From NCBI RefSeq assembly GCF_009914755.1, contig NC_060928.1: a stretch of DNA of 64,000 nucleotides, one strand, 5' to 3'. Positions 1 to 14,479 of this stretch are shown here, piece after piece. Positions within the stretch are counted from its first letter, which is position 1, and every line of letters begins with the position of its first letter. This DNA comes from the human T2T-CHM13v2.0 reference genome, Homo sapiens. Made by a program: the position numbers and the translations under genes. The notes under the pieces are model-generated. The model saw nothing but the letters and a program-made list of their open reading frames with translations, had not been told where the DNA came from and ran no database searches.

Positions 1-125
1 ATTGTAACATAAAAGTAGCCTTAGGTTATATATAACCAAATGGACAAAACCATGTTCTGTTAAAACTTTATTTACAAAATCAAGTGGGGGGCCAGATTTG
101 ACAAGTGGGCCAGTTTGCCAATCAT
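1..125. mobile_element. MER58-like hAT-Charlie DNA transposon fragment
   Basis: 'aaaactttatttacaaaatcaagtgggggg ccagatttg...cagtttgcca' resembles the MER58 terminal region. Confidence 0.55.
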
Positions 126-3100
126 TGTTTTAAAGCATTGCTTTGAATGGCTGTTTTGAATCCCTTTACTATATGTACTATGTTTCTTAAGCCTTTCTAA
201 AGGCAGAAAAAAATATATCTTATATAGTTGCTATAACCCATAGCACTAGAAACACAGATATGTTATAAATGTCAGTTTAATTAATAAATTAACAAATGCT
301 GATAAAGTTTAGAATCAAGATTCAAGTTTTGAAATGTATAAGAAAGACACAAATTTGAAGAAAATAGGTAATCTATTCCAGTAAATAAAGAAGGAGAATT
401 TGGGAAGCTTTTTATTCAGTGGGCTATGAGAAAGCAAATGAAATAGGAAAACCAGAAAAGATAAGGTTGAAATAGCTAATGGACAAATAGTAGAATCCAA
501 AGAAGCATTCTTAGGAGGAAGGATATATAGCATTGAAGTAGAACAAAATCTGGATTGGGCTTTGGTGCTCAGACCAAGAGGACTTGGGTCATAATAATTT
601 GAGGTTTAATTTGAGAGGAGCCACTTTACTGGAGGGAAAGTGTTTGGTTCTTTGCAAAATTAGAGTGTTAAGTTGATGATGTCCACCCAAATCTAGACAA
701 TTTTTGCATTAATCTTTGGTTACAGATGTTCTTTCTTCTGAAAAAAACAGTTTGGTTCTCACTAGGTTAACTTAAATATGAGCATTCATCAGATGGGAAT
801 ATTAAATCACAAGATAAAAATATTTTGGTGACTTGGGACTGTACTATTCCACACCATAAAGCAAAAATTCAAATCATGGAAGCATGCATATTTGCAAGCA
901 TTGAGCTGGTTGTATTATTAAATGTTTCCCACAATTCCTCAAAATCTATAAAAGAAAGCTATGAAAAAACAAAGGAATTATTTGCCATCTGGCTAAACCT
1001 AATTAAATACCCCTCTAGAAAGTTGGTACATCTTTCCCTTAAGGATATTATAGCAATTTTCCATTAGATGTTGTGTTCCTCCTCAATAGTTCACAGAGGC
1101 GAAAAGATAATACTTCATTCAAACAGAGACTCCTGTTGGATTGTACAGTCCAGGCCCTGTAACCTGTGAACTAGGAAAAAAAGTGTGAGCAATCCCTATA
1201 GGTTTACCAGCGGATGCAGGGGTAAGTGCCTTATGTGGAACTATGGTGATAAATGGGAACGATTCAATTGCTCAGAAGTTTGAAGCTTCTATTTAGTGAG
1301 GCCTACATAATAATTTAACACACTCCATGAAGCACTTGGAAATGTGATTTCAAAAACCCTGTTTATTCCTGGCAACACTTAGGGTCAAAGCACTCATCTG
1401 TGACTCAGAGAATCATTGTTGATACGGATTGGTTAACATCTTTATCAGGAAGAATGTAGAGATTTATCACTTTAAGAGATCTTTCGAACAGAGACCTTGC
1501 ATATTTTTGTAATGAAATGTTACTTTTCATTTTCCTAGAACCTTGGGATCATGAGTAGTTTGTACATAAATAGGCGAATATTAATTCTTAACTGCTGAGC
1601 AGAGTAGAGAAAGGTAAAATGCTAATGCTGGTAGTTTAAAGTCCATCGACAGAAGATGATGAGAAAAATATAGGTGTGTTAACCAGCTTGGATAATGATA
1701 ATGTAGTATGTTTTTGACATCTGAGATATTGTTTTTATTCTAGCAATGACCGTGCTCTCCCTTAACACATTACTATTACTACTGACATTTCTCCTACTAC
1801 CACCACTACTTACCATTTATGGAAAATGTACAATATGCTAGTCTTTAGTAAATTCATTCCAATAATATGTATCTAATCTTTAAAATATGCAGAACACTGT
1901 GGTAAATCCTAAGTACACACTGACGTGGCATTTCCTTTTCAGTTCTAAGCCCTTTCAGAAAGTTGTTTTATGTCCACATGTTAGGCCTGAAGACGTAACC
2001 ATGGGTGATTTTTCAATATTTCCATTTAACAAGTGTTCTCATAGATGACAAATACTGGAATGTACAGAAAAACATTTACATGTGCTAATATATGGCAAAG
2101 AAATGCCAAGTGATTGGGAAAAAAGAATTGGAAAAGGCTTAGAAAACTGCATGAGATGAACAGAAATATCATATTCCTTCTGTTACATCCTGAGCAGAAG
2201 CACAGGAATAATCTTCAATAAGGTACAACCTTTAACAACTCAGTGTGTTTTGAGGACCTACTATGGGCTAAGTACATACTATGTGGTGTTTTAATTATAA
2301 TTCTTATTCTGAGAAAATTTTAGAAAATGTATCACATGATATTATGAAATTATAGAGAGACAATAGGTATATTTTATCCAATTTTTCTCAGTGGTAGTAT
2401 CTTTCAAGCCTATAGTGTAATATCACAACCAGATATTGACATCAATACAGTCAAGAGATAGAAAATTCCCATGACCACATGCATCCGTCCTATTGTCTCT
2501 TATAGCCATGATAAAAGGCTATACTTTTGTATGTCCACCCCCTTCTTAACACGTGACATCCACTAATCTGTTCTTTCATTTAATGAATGTTACACAAATA
2601 GAATTGTACACTATGTAACCTTTCAGGGACTGACTTTTCTTACTGAGCTTAATTCTCTGGAGACTCACGTAAGTTATATCGGGTATCAATTGCTCATTTC
2701 TTTGTATTAGTGAGTACCAAGTCCATGGCATAGATGTGCCCCAGTTTGTTTAACCTTTCCCCTGTTGAAGAATATTTGGTTGTTTTCAGTTTATAGCTAT
2801 TACAATTAAAGGAGCTATAAACGTTCATGTATGGATTTTTTGCATAAACGTAAGTTTTCCTTTTTCTGGGATAAATACCTAGGAGTACAATTGTGGAGTA
2901 GTATAATAATTGCAGATTTAGATTTTTAAGAAAGTATCAATTTGTTTTCAATGTGGCTGCACCAATTTACCTTCTCACCCCAGGGTATGAATGATTCAGT
3001 TTTATCCACATACTGTCCAGCATTTGGTATTGTCACTATTTTGTTTTTTTGATTTTACCCATTCTGATATGAATGCAGTGTTACCTCATTGGAGTTTTAT

Positions 3101-4584
3101 TTTGCATTTCTTAAGGGCTCATAATGAAAAATATATTTTCATGTGCTTATTTACCACCTATATATCCTCTTCAGTGTCATGTCCCTTAATGACTTTTGCG
3201 TATATGCTAATTAGATTGATTTTTTTTTCCTTACTGAGGGTTTTGAGAGTTCTTATGTATTCTAGATACTAGCCCTACGTTGGATGTATGGTTTGCAAAT
3301 ACTTTCTCCAACTGTGTAGTATATTTTTTCATTCACTTAACAACTCTTTTGCAGTGCAAACGTTTTCAATTCTGATGAAGTACAATTTATCCTTTTTCCC
3401 TTTTATAGATGTTTTTGGTATTAAGATTTTGCCTAGCCCTAGATCCAAAAAGATTTCCCCGTATTTTTTCCTAAGAGTTTTATAATTTTACATTTTATAC
3501 TTACATCTCTATTTCATTTTGACTTAATTTTTTAATACAGTATAAGACATCGATCAGGTTTTTTTTTTTATTTCTCTGTTTTGTTTTGTTTTTGTTTTTG
3601 TTTTGCCTATGGAAGTTCACCTGTTCTAGCATCGGTTTTTGAAAAGGCGATTTTTCCTCTGTTAAACTGATCTCGTTCCTTTGGCACAAGTCAATTGGGT
3701 ATATATGTTTGGACCTATTTCTGGGGTTCTCTATTGTATTCCATTGACCTATGAGCCTAATTCTCTGCCAATACCATACAGACCTGGTTATGGTATCTAT
3801 ATAAAATAGGTCTTGAAAGTGGGTAAAGCAATTTTTCCCACTTTCTTCATCTTTTTCAAACTTGTTTAGCTATTCCACTTCCTTAGCCTTTCAGTGTAAG
3901 TTGTAAGATAACCCTATCTATATCCACAAAAAAATGCCATGATTTTGATAAGAATTGCACTAGACATGTATATCCCTTTGGGTAGACTTGGCATCTTTGC
4001 TATGTGAGTCTCACAATCCATACATAAAGTTCATGTCTCTTCATTTTTCACAGATCTTTGATTTTTTAAATCAGTGTTTTATAGTTTGAAGCATACAAGA
4101 CCTGCAAATGTTTGGCTATATTTAAAGCTAAGTATTTAATTTTAAAAATGTTTGCAAATGGTATTTCATTTTACATTTTTGTTTCTATGTGCTAATTTTT
4201 TATATATAGTGTGTGTGTGTGCGTATATATACACAATTGATTTTTGTGTTTATTTTGTTCTATCAACTTGCTAACCTTATTTATATGTTCTAGGAGGCTT
4301 TTTTGATAGATTTTGTAGAATTTTTTCATGTAAGATGATCATGTTATCTGCAAATAAAGGTAAATTTATATCTTTCATTCTGATCTGCATTCCTTTTATT
4401 TCTTTTCCTCACCTTATTGTGTCTACTAGAGTTTCCAGTACTATGTGAAATAAGAGGGTTGAGAGTGGATGTCCTTGCCTTCACTCTGATTCTACAGGGA
4501 AAACATTTAGTCTTTCACCGTTAAGAATCACATTAGCTGTAAGAATTTTTTTTTAATCAAGTTGAGGAAGTTCCTCTCTATTCC

Positions 4585-4949
4585 TGATAAGGTTTAGCTC
4601 TGTGTCCCCACCCAAATCTCATCTTGTAGCTCCCATAATTCCCACGCATTGTGGGAGGGACACAGTGGGAGATGATTGAATCATGGGGGAGGATCTTTCC
4701 CATGCTGTTCTCGTGACAATAAATGGGTCTCACATGATCTGATGGTTTTTAAAAAGGGAGACTCCATACAGGAGCTCTCTTTGCCTGCTGCCATCCACGT
4801 AAGAGGTGACTTGCTCCTCCTTGCTTTCCACCATGATTGTGAGGCCTCCCCAGCCACGTGGAACTGTAAGCCCAGTTACACCTCTTTCTTTTGTAAATTG
4901 CCCAGTCCTGGGTATGTCTTTATCAGCCGGGTGAAAACGGACTAATACA
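4585..4949 (+). mobile_element. THE1A-like MaLR solo LTR
   Basis: Starts TGATAAGGTTT, ends ACTAATACA; exact 5-bp TSD attcc (4580-4584, 4950-4954). Confidence 0.93.
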
Positions 4950-5857
4950 ATTCCCTTTTCCCTAAGAGTTTTTCCTTATGTGTGTTAAAGCTTGTCAAAT
5001 ATTTTTTCAGCATAAATTCATATGAACATGCGATTTTTATTCTTTAAACTGTTAATATGATAGGTTACATTGCTTTTTAAAATGTTGAACCAGCCATAAA
5101 TCTCTGGAATAAATCCACTTGATTATGGTGTATATTTTTTACATATTAATGAATTCTGTTGACTAAAATTTTCTTAGGAAGTTTGTTTATGCATTCATGA
5201 ATACATCCAGGTATACTCGTATTTATATTTGTCAGCAGTTTTGTTTTTTATTATTTTTCCTGGTTGATCATGCATAGCACAGAGTGTTATTAGCTTCATA
5301 AAATGAAGTGCTCTCTCATCTATTTTCTGGAGAAGATTGTGTATAATTGCTGTCATTGTTCTTTAAACATTTGCTAGAATTCAAGACTGAAGTTATCTGG
5401 GCTTACTAGATTTTTAACAGTTTTCTTTCAGCTACAGATTCGATTACTTTAATAGTTAAAGGCTACTATTGTATATTTGATGAGTTGCGAGTTTATATTT
5501 TTCAAGTAATTGTCAATTTTTCACATATTTGTTCAAAATATTTCCTTATTAACTTTTTGATGTCTGCAAGGTTATAGTTATATCCCCTGCTTTATTTTTG
5601 ATAGTGTTAATTTGTGTCTGCTTTTATCTTTTTCTTGCTAGAAGTTAGTTGGTTTTATTAATATTTCCACAGAACAAAGTTTTTGTTTTCTTGTCTCTAT
5701 TTTTTTTCTGATCTTAATTTTATTAATCTATGCTTTTTTTTAGTATTTTTTTTCTCAATTCTTTGGGTTTATTTTGCTCTTTTCTCTCAGTTTTTGAGGT
5801 GGATCCTAGATTATTGATTTAAACTTTTTCCATTAACGTATGCCTTTATTGCTCTAA

Positions 5858-5892
<35 letters not shown>

Positions 5893-5958
5893 TATATATA
5901 CACATATATGTGTGTGGGTCTATGGATTATGTGTGTGTGTGTGTGTGTGTGTGTGTAT
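5858..5958. repeat. Compound (TA)n(CA)n...(TG)n microsatellite
   Basis: Directly visible. Confidence 0.9.
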
Positions 5959-5969
5959 AGTTGCTGTTT

Positions 5970-6262
5970 TGTTTTTTTTTTTCTGAGACAGGGTCTAACT
6001 CTGTTGCCCAGGCTGAGTGCAGTGATGCGATCACACTCACTGCAGCCTTGACCTCCTCAGCTCAAGCAATCCTCCCACCTCAGCCTTCCAAGTACCTGGG
6101 ACTGCAGCCATGCACCACCACACCTGGCTAGATTATGCTTTTTGTAGAGATGAGGGTCTCACTAGATTGCTCAGGCTGGTCTCAAATTCCTGGATGCAAG
6201 TGATCCTCCCACCTCAGCCTGCCAAAGTGCTGGAATTACAGGCATGACCCACAGAGTCTGCC
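5970..6262 (-). mobile_element. AluJ
   Basis: polyT then 'gagacagggtct...cactgcagccttgacctcc...ctcaagcaatcctcccacctcagcc'. Confidence 0.9.
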
Positions 6263-7289
6263 TGTATGTTTTTTTCTTTTTCATTCAGTTCAATATATGT
6301 TTGTATTCCCTTTAAACATCTTTGTTGATCCATGGATTATTTAGAAATGTGCTGTTTAGTGTGTAGTACTTAGGGAGTGTCCTGTTCTATTTTGTCATTG
6401 AATTTTAGTTTTACAAATCTGTAAATTGTATTTTTTCCAAATTTTGGAACTACTTAGACACTATTTTTTTAAATATCCTTTCACTCCACCTTCTTTCTCC
6501 TCTCCTAGGATTCAGATGACTCAGATGTTAAATATTTTCATATAATTCCACATGTGTCTCAGGCTCTGTTCATTTGGGTTTTTTGTTTTGTTTTCAGAAG
6601 TCTACTCTCTGTTGTTCAGAAAGGGGAATTTCCACTACTCCATCTTCAAAGTCACTGATTTATTCTTCTCTTGTCTCCATTTTGCTGTCTAGCCCACCCA
6701 CTGATTTTGTTTTCATTTTGGCTATTTTCAAGTTCTAAAATTTTATTTGATTCTCCCTTCTATCTTCTCTTTCTTTGTTGATACTTTCTTTCATTTGTTT
6801 TACATATGGTCTCTCTTCTCCTTTCCACCTTTCCGAGTTTTATTTTTTACAGAATTTTCATCTGTACTATTTATGAATTTTTTTGGGAAGGGCTTTTATC
6901 TGTATTTAAAAAGAAGAATGGAGCAAAGAATGTCTATTCTACCTTTTTGGAAGTGGAAGTCCTCTATAAATGATGATTTTCTTTCTTTCATTTACTCAAG
7001 TATTTATTATCTACCAATTTCCAGTGACACAAAATGACTAAGATAGATACGGTTTCTACCCTCAAGGTTATTAAAGTCTTGTGATGAAGATGAATATTAA
7101 AAAATTAAAAAATTAGTCAATTAAAACTGAAGTAAATTGTACCACACAGAGTAGCATATTAGTAAATATAGGGGACCTAACTTAGTTTTATCCAATATTT
7201 CATACAATGCCTTATACATGTGTTAGTTGTAAATAATGTTAAAAAATTTGGAAGCTGAGGATATTTCTGAGCGGTACATTCCTCTGCAT

Positions 7290-7628
<339 letters not shown>

Positions 7629-8939
7629 TGATAACTCTACTCTCTTTCACACACAGATTCTCTCTTACTTCCACAAACAAGATAGAATTCCAGGTTAAGG
7701 GAATTTTAGTTATACTCCAGTACAGTGATTCTTAGGGTATTAGAGTGCCTAAAAATCTCTTCAGTGTCATAGCACTATTTCATTATGGAATGTTCAGCTA
7801 CTTTATTTGTCTTCAGATTTGGCTGACTTCATTGTCTACTATCCTCCAAAGAACATGCTGACATTTTTAATTTGATGGACTGCTGAGAAACCACAGCAGG
7901 ATATAGACCAACCCATCAAAAGTGAATTTAGGATTGCATTGATGTGTAGAACTAATTAGGTGACTATGGGGAGTGGGACCCTGATTGAAATCCATATGAC
8001 TTTTCAATACTCACTCTGTAAGCTAGCTTCTGAAAGGAATAGTAAATTCAGGTGACTTGTTCTTTGCTGTCACCACAGTACTGCCTAGCCCTTCTCTGCT
8101 TCAAGTCAGCAGCAGAGGCCCTGACCCCTCCCGCAAAGCGAAGCATCCAAAAACAGGCAAGAATTTTCTTTGACTGATCTTGAAGTAGTTTTTAGTTTAT
8201 CCTGAAAAGATGCTGAAAACCTACCTTCAGATCTTCTACCAAACATATCAACTCTGTCTTTGTACTCTCTCTAAAGCCCATCTTGAGCTTTAAATACTTT
8301 AAAAATAACACTGATCACTATATGTATATGTAGATATGAAGTATTTATATTTGTGTAATGAAAATTACATAAATATAAATATTTGTGTATGTTTGTTTAA
8401 ATTTTGTATTTATAGTTTGTTTAAACTCCCTAGGGACAGATCAATCCCATGTAGTTATGGAAAAGATTGCTAAATTTAGAAGACCTGAGTTTGTATAGCT
8501 TTCATAACATGTGAGCAACTGACATATTGTCTTCTAAAGATTTTATAGGACAGTGCCAATTGCTCTTCTTCTTAAAGAAGCATTCACTAAATGTGTAAAT
8601 CTAACATTTTTCTTTCTGATATCCATCATTTCTTTGAACTCTTTTATTTTTACTAAATCTGAGCTGTCTTTTGTGCACAATCAGCTTTTACCTACCTGGT
8701 AAGTCTCTCCCTTGGCTACCACACTACACTCAAATATGTGGTTTTGATTCATGCTCCTTAGGGTATGATATTCCTGAATCTCCACTCCAAATATGTATTT
8801 TAGATTTCTTTTTCAGAATGTCTGGTCCTTACCTCTGCTCTTACTGCTCGCATTCTTGACTGAACCAGCCCTGTTGTATCTCCACATCAAATCCTGCCAT
8901 TTGTTCACAGTTAATTAAGATAATTTTAGGAAAGAGAAG

Positions 8940-9180
8940 TAACATTTTTCTTGGGTATTCATTAAGTGCCGGAAAAAAAAACATTGAATTGTGTATTTCA
9001 TAGGCATTATCTCATTGAATTTCCACAACCTAGGTATTATTATATTCACTTTTCAAAATGCTTAATAGAATCACAAATAAACTAAGTAACTCATATAAAG
9101 TCATACAGCTGGAGAATGATTGGATTAGGACTCAAATCTTAGATTGTTTGACCTCAAAGTGTTTTGAGCTCTTATTCTCT
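8940..9180 (-). mobile_element. MIR
   Basis: 'attatctcattgaatttccacaacc taggtattattat...aagtaactcatataaagtcatacagct'. Confidence 0.6.
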
Positions 9181-9329
9181 ATAACAGTGTTTCTTATAAT
9201 CAAATGATGAATTGATCTGTTTAAATGAGGAAAATTATGGTGGGCACTGATTCATGGTTTAAATTATGATCTTCATCGTGGTACTTATTGAATACAAAAG
9301 TATAAGTTTTATACATGTAACTTTTGTGC

Positions 9330-10330
9330 AACTCCAACACTAAATACATCTCTGGGTATTGAAGAGACTTCTTAAACTTATTATTTGCAAAACTGATCTT
9401 TTGATATTCCCTTCTATTTCCACACTTGCTCCTTCTGCAGTTGTATCTATTTCAGTTAATGTCAACTGCATTCTTCCAATGTTGCAAGTCAAAAATAATA
9501 ATGTTATCCTTTAATTTCCCTCTTTCTCTCACTCCCCACATCTAGCCCATCAGGAAATTATATATTCTTTATTTTCACCATAGATCCAGAATGCAAGCTC
9601 CTCTCACAACTCCCGCTACTCCCATCCTGGTTCAGGTCATCGTCACTTCCCTTATAGAGCAGCCTTTCAACTTATTTCCTTGCTTCGGTTCTTGACATCG
9701 TTAAGTTCATTCTAAACACAGCAGTCGGAAAAATCCTGGTTAAACATAAATCAGAGCACAATGTTTCTGTGCTACAATCTGCCCAATGGCTCACATTGGA
9801 CTCAGAAGAAAAGCTAAAACCCTTCCACTGATTTACCAGGCCCTACATAGTCGGGTGCATGTTTTTACTTCCATAACATTCTCATTTTATTCTCTGCCTT
9901 ATTTATATCTCTCCAGCAACATAGACCTGATCACTCTTGTCAACTACACAGACATGCTCTTGCCTTAGGGCATTTGCACCTGCTATTCCCTCTGCTGGAA
10001 ATGCTGTTTCCCTGGTTATCTATATGGAAAGTTGCATCTTCTTGAAGATCTTCAGTGTAATTCCACCTACTCAGTGAGGCCTTTCTTAACCATAATACTA
10101 AAGCGTACTAAAAATTGCAACCCTCCTCATCCTCCTTAGTCTCCTTTACTATTTCATTTTTCTTCCTAATCATTAATCAGTATCTGACATGCTATATAGT
10201 CTACTTATTTATATTGGTATCTGCCTCTTTTATTATAATAAAAAGATGCATGAGGGCAAATATGTTTATCTATTAATTATCCTATTTCTAGTACCTAGAT
10301 GACTGATTTGTACATAGAAAAGCTTAAATA
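9330..10330 (+). mobile_element. L2 3' region
   Basis: L2 motifs 'cttagggcatttgcacctgctattccctctgctggaaatgc' and 'catgagggcaaa...tacctagatgac'. Confidence 0.8.
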
Positions 10331-11479
10331 ATTATTCAATGAGAAAATAATTTAAAATTAATAAAATAACTATACAATTAATACAATTAAATCTGAAAAT
10401 ATTAGTTGAATGCAATAGATTAGTTTTATGATATATAATGTAAATTTTTTGAAACAAATTTTGCTCATATTGCATCCCATAACAGAAACATATTTGCATG
10501 TTTTTGATTTTTACTTGTTTTCAGATTAATTCCCTTGAATTTGACAATGCTAAGCCATCATTATCACTTCTCTTAATTTTCTTATTAACAATGAAATTGT
10601 TCTTTACTTTGTTGGGCCAATTAGTAGAATAGTGCCCCTGAAGCTACAATATAAAAAGAGAAAACATTTTCATTATTTGCATACTTACTACCACATTCAT
10701 TGTCAATGAAGCATGGATAATTGGAATATAAAAGATGGAAAATGTCCTGCAAACATCAATTCACCATGTGAATATGGCAGATAGAGCATGAATTGTTCAG
10801 TGAGCCCAAATTTTATAATATACAGAAAACTTGCTTTTACCTATGACTCTTCCCTACTTGAAATATTATAAAACTTGTGTCTTACCAAGTGAATTCTTCT
10901 GTCCTTCACCTCTTGTGAAGGAGATTGTAAAGGAAAATTCATATATGGGAAATAAAATGCATCTCAATACTCAATTATGAGATTATTATACAGGTGACCC
11001 AGAATATGCATATATTTTTTAAGATTGTCATCAAGAGAAAAATACAAAAATTCATTAATTCTTATAGAAATTGAGACCATGTCTGCAAACTCACATGATC
11101 CACAAAGCACAGTTTAAGAAATATTCCTTATAGTACAAGGAGTTTGCATGGTAAAGTATGATAAATAGCATATGGCAATATTACACTAGATTGAATTGAA
11201 AGAGAAACATTCGATTTGTGAAAAAGGACAGTCTTATTTAAGGAAATGACATTTATACTAGGGCCAATTTAGGAAGGTAGAAACTGAAAGGGAAGTTAAT
11301 TCAGCTGGAGAAAATTGCATGAGCAGAGAATCAGAAACCAAAAGGACCTTGATTTCTCAAGAAATTTCAAAACCATTAATTTACTGGAAAACAGTTTAAG
11401 AAGGAGATTAATGAAGATTAGCATGAAGAGATAGTCTGGATATTAGACACACTAAGAAATAATGGTAGCCTAAGGGTAT

Positions 11480-11680
11480 ACAGTGCCTTCTACACACGCA
11501 GGCACTCTCCTAAGTGCTTTACCCATAGTCCCTTGTTTCACCTGCACCATAACCCTTTGAAGTAGATGTTTTCATATTCTTCTCTCTACTAGGCTGAGAA
11601 AGGTTCAGCAACTTTTCCAAGGTCACACTAATTTGATAGATCTTAGAGTTCGATTCTGGAGCCCATGTTTAACACTCTGT
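11480..11680 (-). mobile_element. MIR
   Basis: 'aggctgagaaaggttcagcaacttttccaaggtcacac' MIR core. Confidence 0.65.
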
Positions 11681-13620
11681 TCTAGACCTCTAAATGTATA
11701 ATTCAGTGCGTATGAAGAATTAGAACCCCCTCCAGGACATAATAAATTATTGACAGTTGATGTAGTAGGAAAAGTACAGAAGGTCCTCAGGAGCAAGAAG
11801 TAATATTTTGAAATAAGAATCTCCTAAAAGTTAATAAAAATACCATACAGACTCAGTTTTCTCATAAGGCCAGAGAAAGAGAAGAGTTTCTAGTGATCTT
11901 TTGTATTTTAACAAACCACATTTTAATAAAGTGTGTTTCTCATTTCCTTCTTTCTCTCACATCCCTCTCCCTCCCACAGCTTTGCAACAGTCACCTCATT
12001 GCAGCATTTCCTTTTCTTTCAAGCCCTATAACAGCTCTGACTGCTCATTTATCTTTTTTTTGGTACTAACTAAATATTTTAGTAGTTTGTGCCCCATGAA
12101 TCTGATGTAAGAAATTGTCAGCCTTCAGTGATCTCATAAATGCTAAATCTGATCTGTGAAAACTTGGCAAAATCGCGTTATGATGTTTGTTTCTCATGTT
12201 CTCCACCCTCAAGTGTGAAGGGACCACTTAGCTAAAAATGTTTAAAATTTTCAAGAAACAAAAGTCAGGCAGAAGTGAAGTGGTTTTATTTTTCTCCTTA
12301 GTAAATCTTTAAGTTTCTATGTATGTTCTTTCATCTGCTCTCCAGAATGGTAAATGGAAGTCCTTGACACATAAATTAAAATTCATTTTAATCTTAATAA
12401 ATATGGTATGGGCATTCTTTGTTTTTCTCTACACATTCCCTTTATTAAAACATGCAGTCTGGTGACTGATTAAAATATTATTTCCAGTTGACACAAAATA
12501 CAAGGACATTTCATATAACCATATAACAATAAATATCTGAATTAAGAGGCTTTTTCTCACTTTAAAATGTAAAGTAGAATCTACATTTACTTCTCTTTTT
12601 ATGTTGTGGGGAAAAGGTGTGGGAAATCATAGCATGGTATCATTTATACGTTTATGATGGTAATATCGGATTCCCAGGAAAATTATGTTAAGTATTCTGT
12701 TTTACAAAAGCATACTTTTTAATGATTATCATTGGAATAGTTAAATATTTTTAATTATCAAATGAGGAATGAATGTTATTCATCAATAGCATCTGCAATA
12801 GACCTAATATTGGATCGATGTTGTGTTAGATTTTAAAGGCAGAAAAGCTAGGAATGGGAGAATTAGATGGATCATCAAATATAGGAATAACTCCATGCTT
12901 GGTGGGGAATCAATACAATAATATGTGGCCACTCCAAACTAAAAAGTGGCTATGCCATTGTACTCAATACTTTATTTAAAATATTTATTGAGTCCACTAT
13001 ATGCCACCCTATTTGGTGCTGCAATGAATTAAAAAGTCATTGCAAAGAGGTAGTCCCTGGCCTCATACAACTTTTTTTTTTTTTTTGGTTGGGGGTGGGG
13101 TGGAGATCACACAGGTAATAAACAAGCATACAAATAAATAAATTATATTCAGGTTCTCAGTCCACTATGGGAGAAAATCCGGGAAACTAAAAAATCTAGG
13201 TTGTTCTATAAGTATAGAGGAAAAAAGTATATGAAAACCTGGACAATATTAAACACTTGCTTCTGATAAACCTGGGAAGACATTTACACTCTATGCTTTT
13301 CTATCTTCATATCTAAGGTGAGAATATTCCACTGACAAGTCTTTTAAGCCCCCCTTCATGTTGTATAATTTTAAAATCCTTGTGTTGACTTCCTTGGCTG
13401 AGGAAAACAAAGGAAGACTTTCAAAAGGGCATAGATGGCCTTCGCACTCCAGTGACATCATGACCTCTATTAAGGTGCTCAATGTATATGTTCCATCTAA
13501 GTTGAAGAACACCCAATTATGACAATAGAATGAATTTCGAGATTTCCAGTCAAGATGACAGATTATAGTGTTCTCATTTACCTTTGCTCTTCTCCACCAG
13601 GCCCCATTAAAACAAAAACA

Positions 13621-13890
13621 GGCCGGGCACAGAGGCTCATGCCTGCAATCCCAGCACTTTGGGAGGCCGAGACGGGAGGATCACCTGAGGTCAGGAGTTC
13701 AAGACCAGCCTGGCCAACATGGCAAGACCCCATTTCTACTAAAAAATACAAAAATTAGCTGGGTGTAGTGGCATGTGCCTGTAATCCCAGCTACTCAGGA
13801 GGCTGAAGCAGGGAGAATTGCTTGAACCCCAGAGGTGGAGGTTGCAGCCTGGGCGACAGAGCGAGACTCCGTCTCGAAAAAAAAAAAAAC
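13621..13890 (+). mobile_element. AluSx-like element with an internal deletion in the right arm
   Basis: GGCCGGGC start, 'tcacctgaggtcaggagttcaagaccagcc', A tail; right arm reads 'gttgcag|cctggg'. Confidence 0.93.
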
Positions 13891-14479
13891 AACCAAACAA
13901 AAAACCCCCACAAAAACAAAGTGATTTTTTGAAAGGTATCTATAAATTCAAAGAGAATGGAGGAGACAACACTATCCAATTTTTCTAAGCTGCAAAGTAT
14001 GTGCCTTAGCCGATCAAGAAAGCTGACCTCTAAGTCAGCACTTGAAAAAGCCAATAAGCAACCTGCCTTATTGAAACATACACAGAAGACTCAAATTTCA
14101 TCAGCAAGTATCTCTGTTCTGAGGATAAAATTGTGGCTAAAACCTGGAGTCCTGAGAAATTCCATTTCATAATCTGCAATACATCCCCTGTTTCAGAGCT
14201 TATTCTTCACTTTCAGCAGTCAGAAGATGACCTTACCATATTTTGGCCAAAAATTAGGGTTTATTTCCTGGAAAGGTGGAAAAAAAAAGAGACTCTGGAA
14301 TAAGATCCCAAACAGAATTGAGAGCAAGTGTATGAAAGGAAAAGAAGGCAATTAATTATGAGCATAGTTACTGAATGTAGAGATTCCTAGACCCTTTCCT
14401 CCACTTTTCTAGGAAATTTGATTTCTTTTTTATAGAGAGTGGAAATAAATAAGGTACCTCAATTGGGGAATCATCAAGA

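Larger units (their letters stand above)
2290..6760 (-). mobile_element. Old L1 (L1MC-like) 3'UTR/ORF2 relic, interrupted by a THE1 LTR and an AluJ
   Basis: T-rich antisense L1 motifs ('atatcacaaccagatattgacatcaatacagtc', 'ctctgccaataccatac', 'gatcatgttatctgcaaataaa'); boundaries approximate. Confidence 0.8.
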
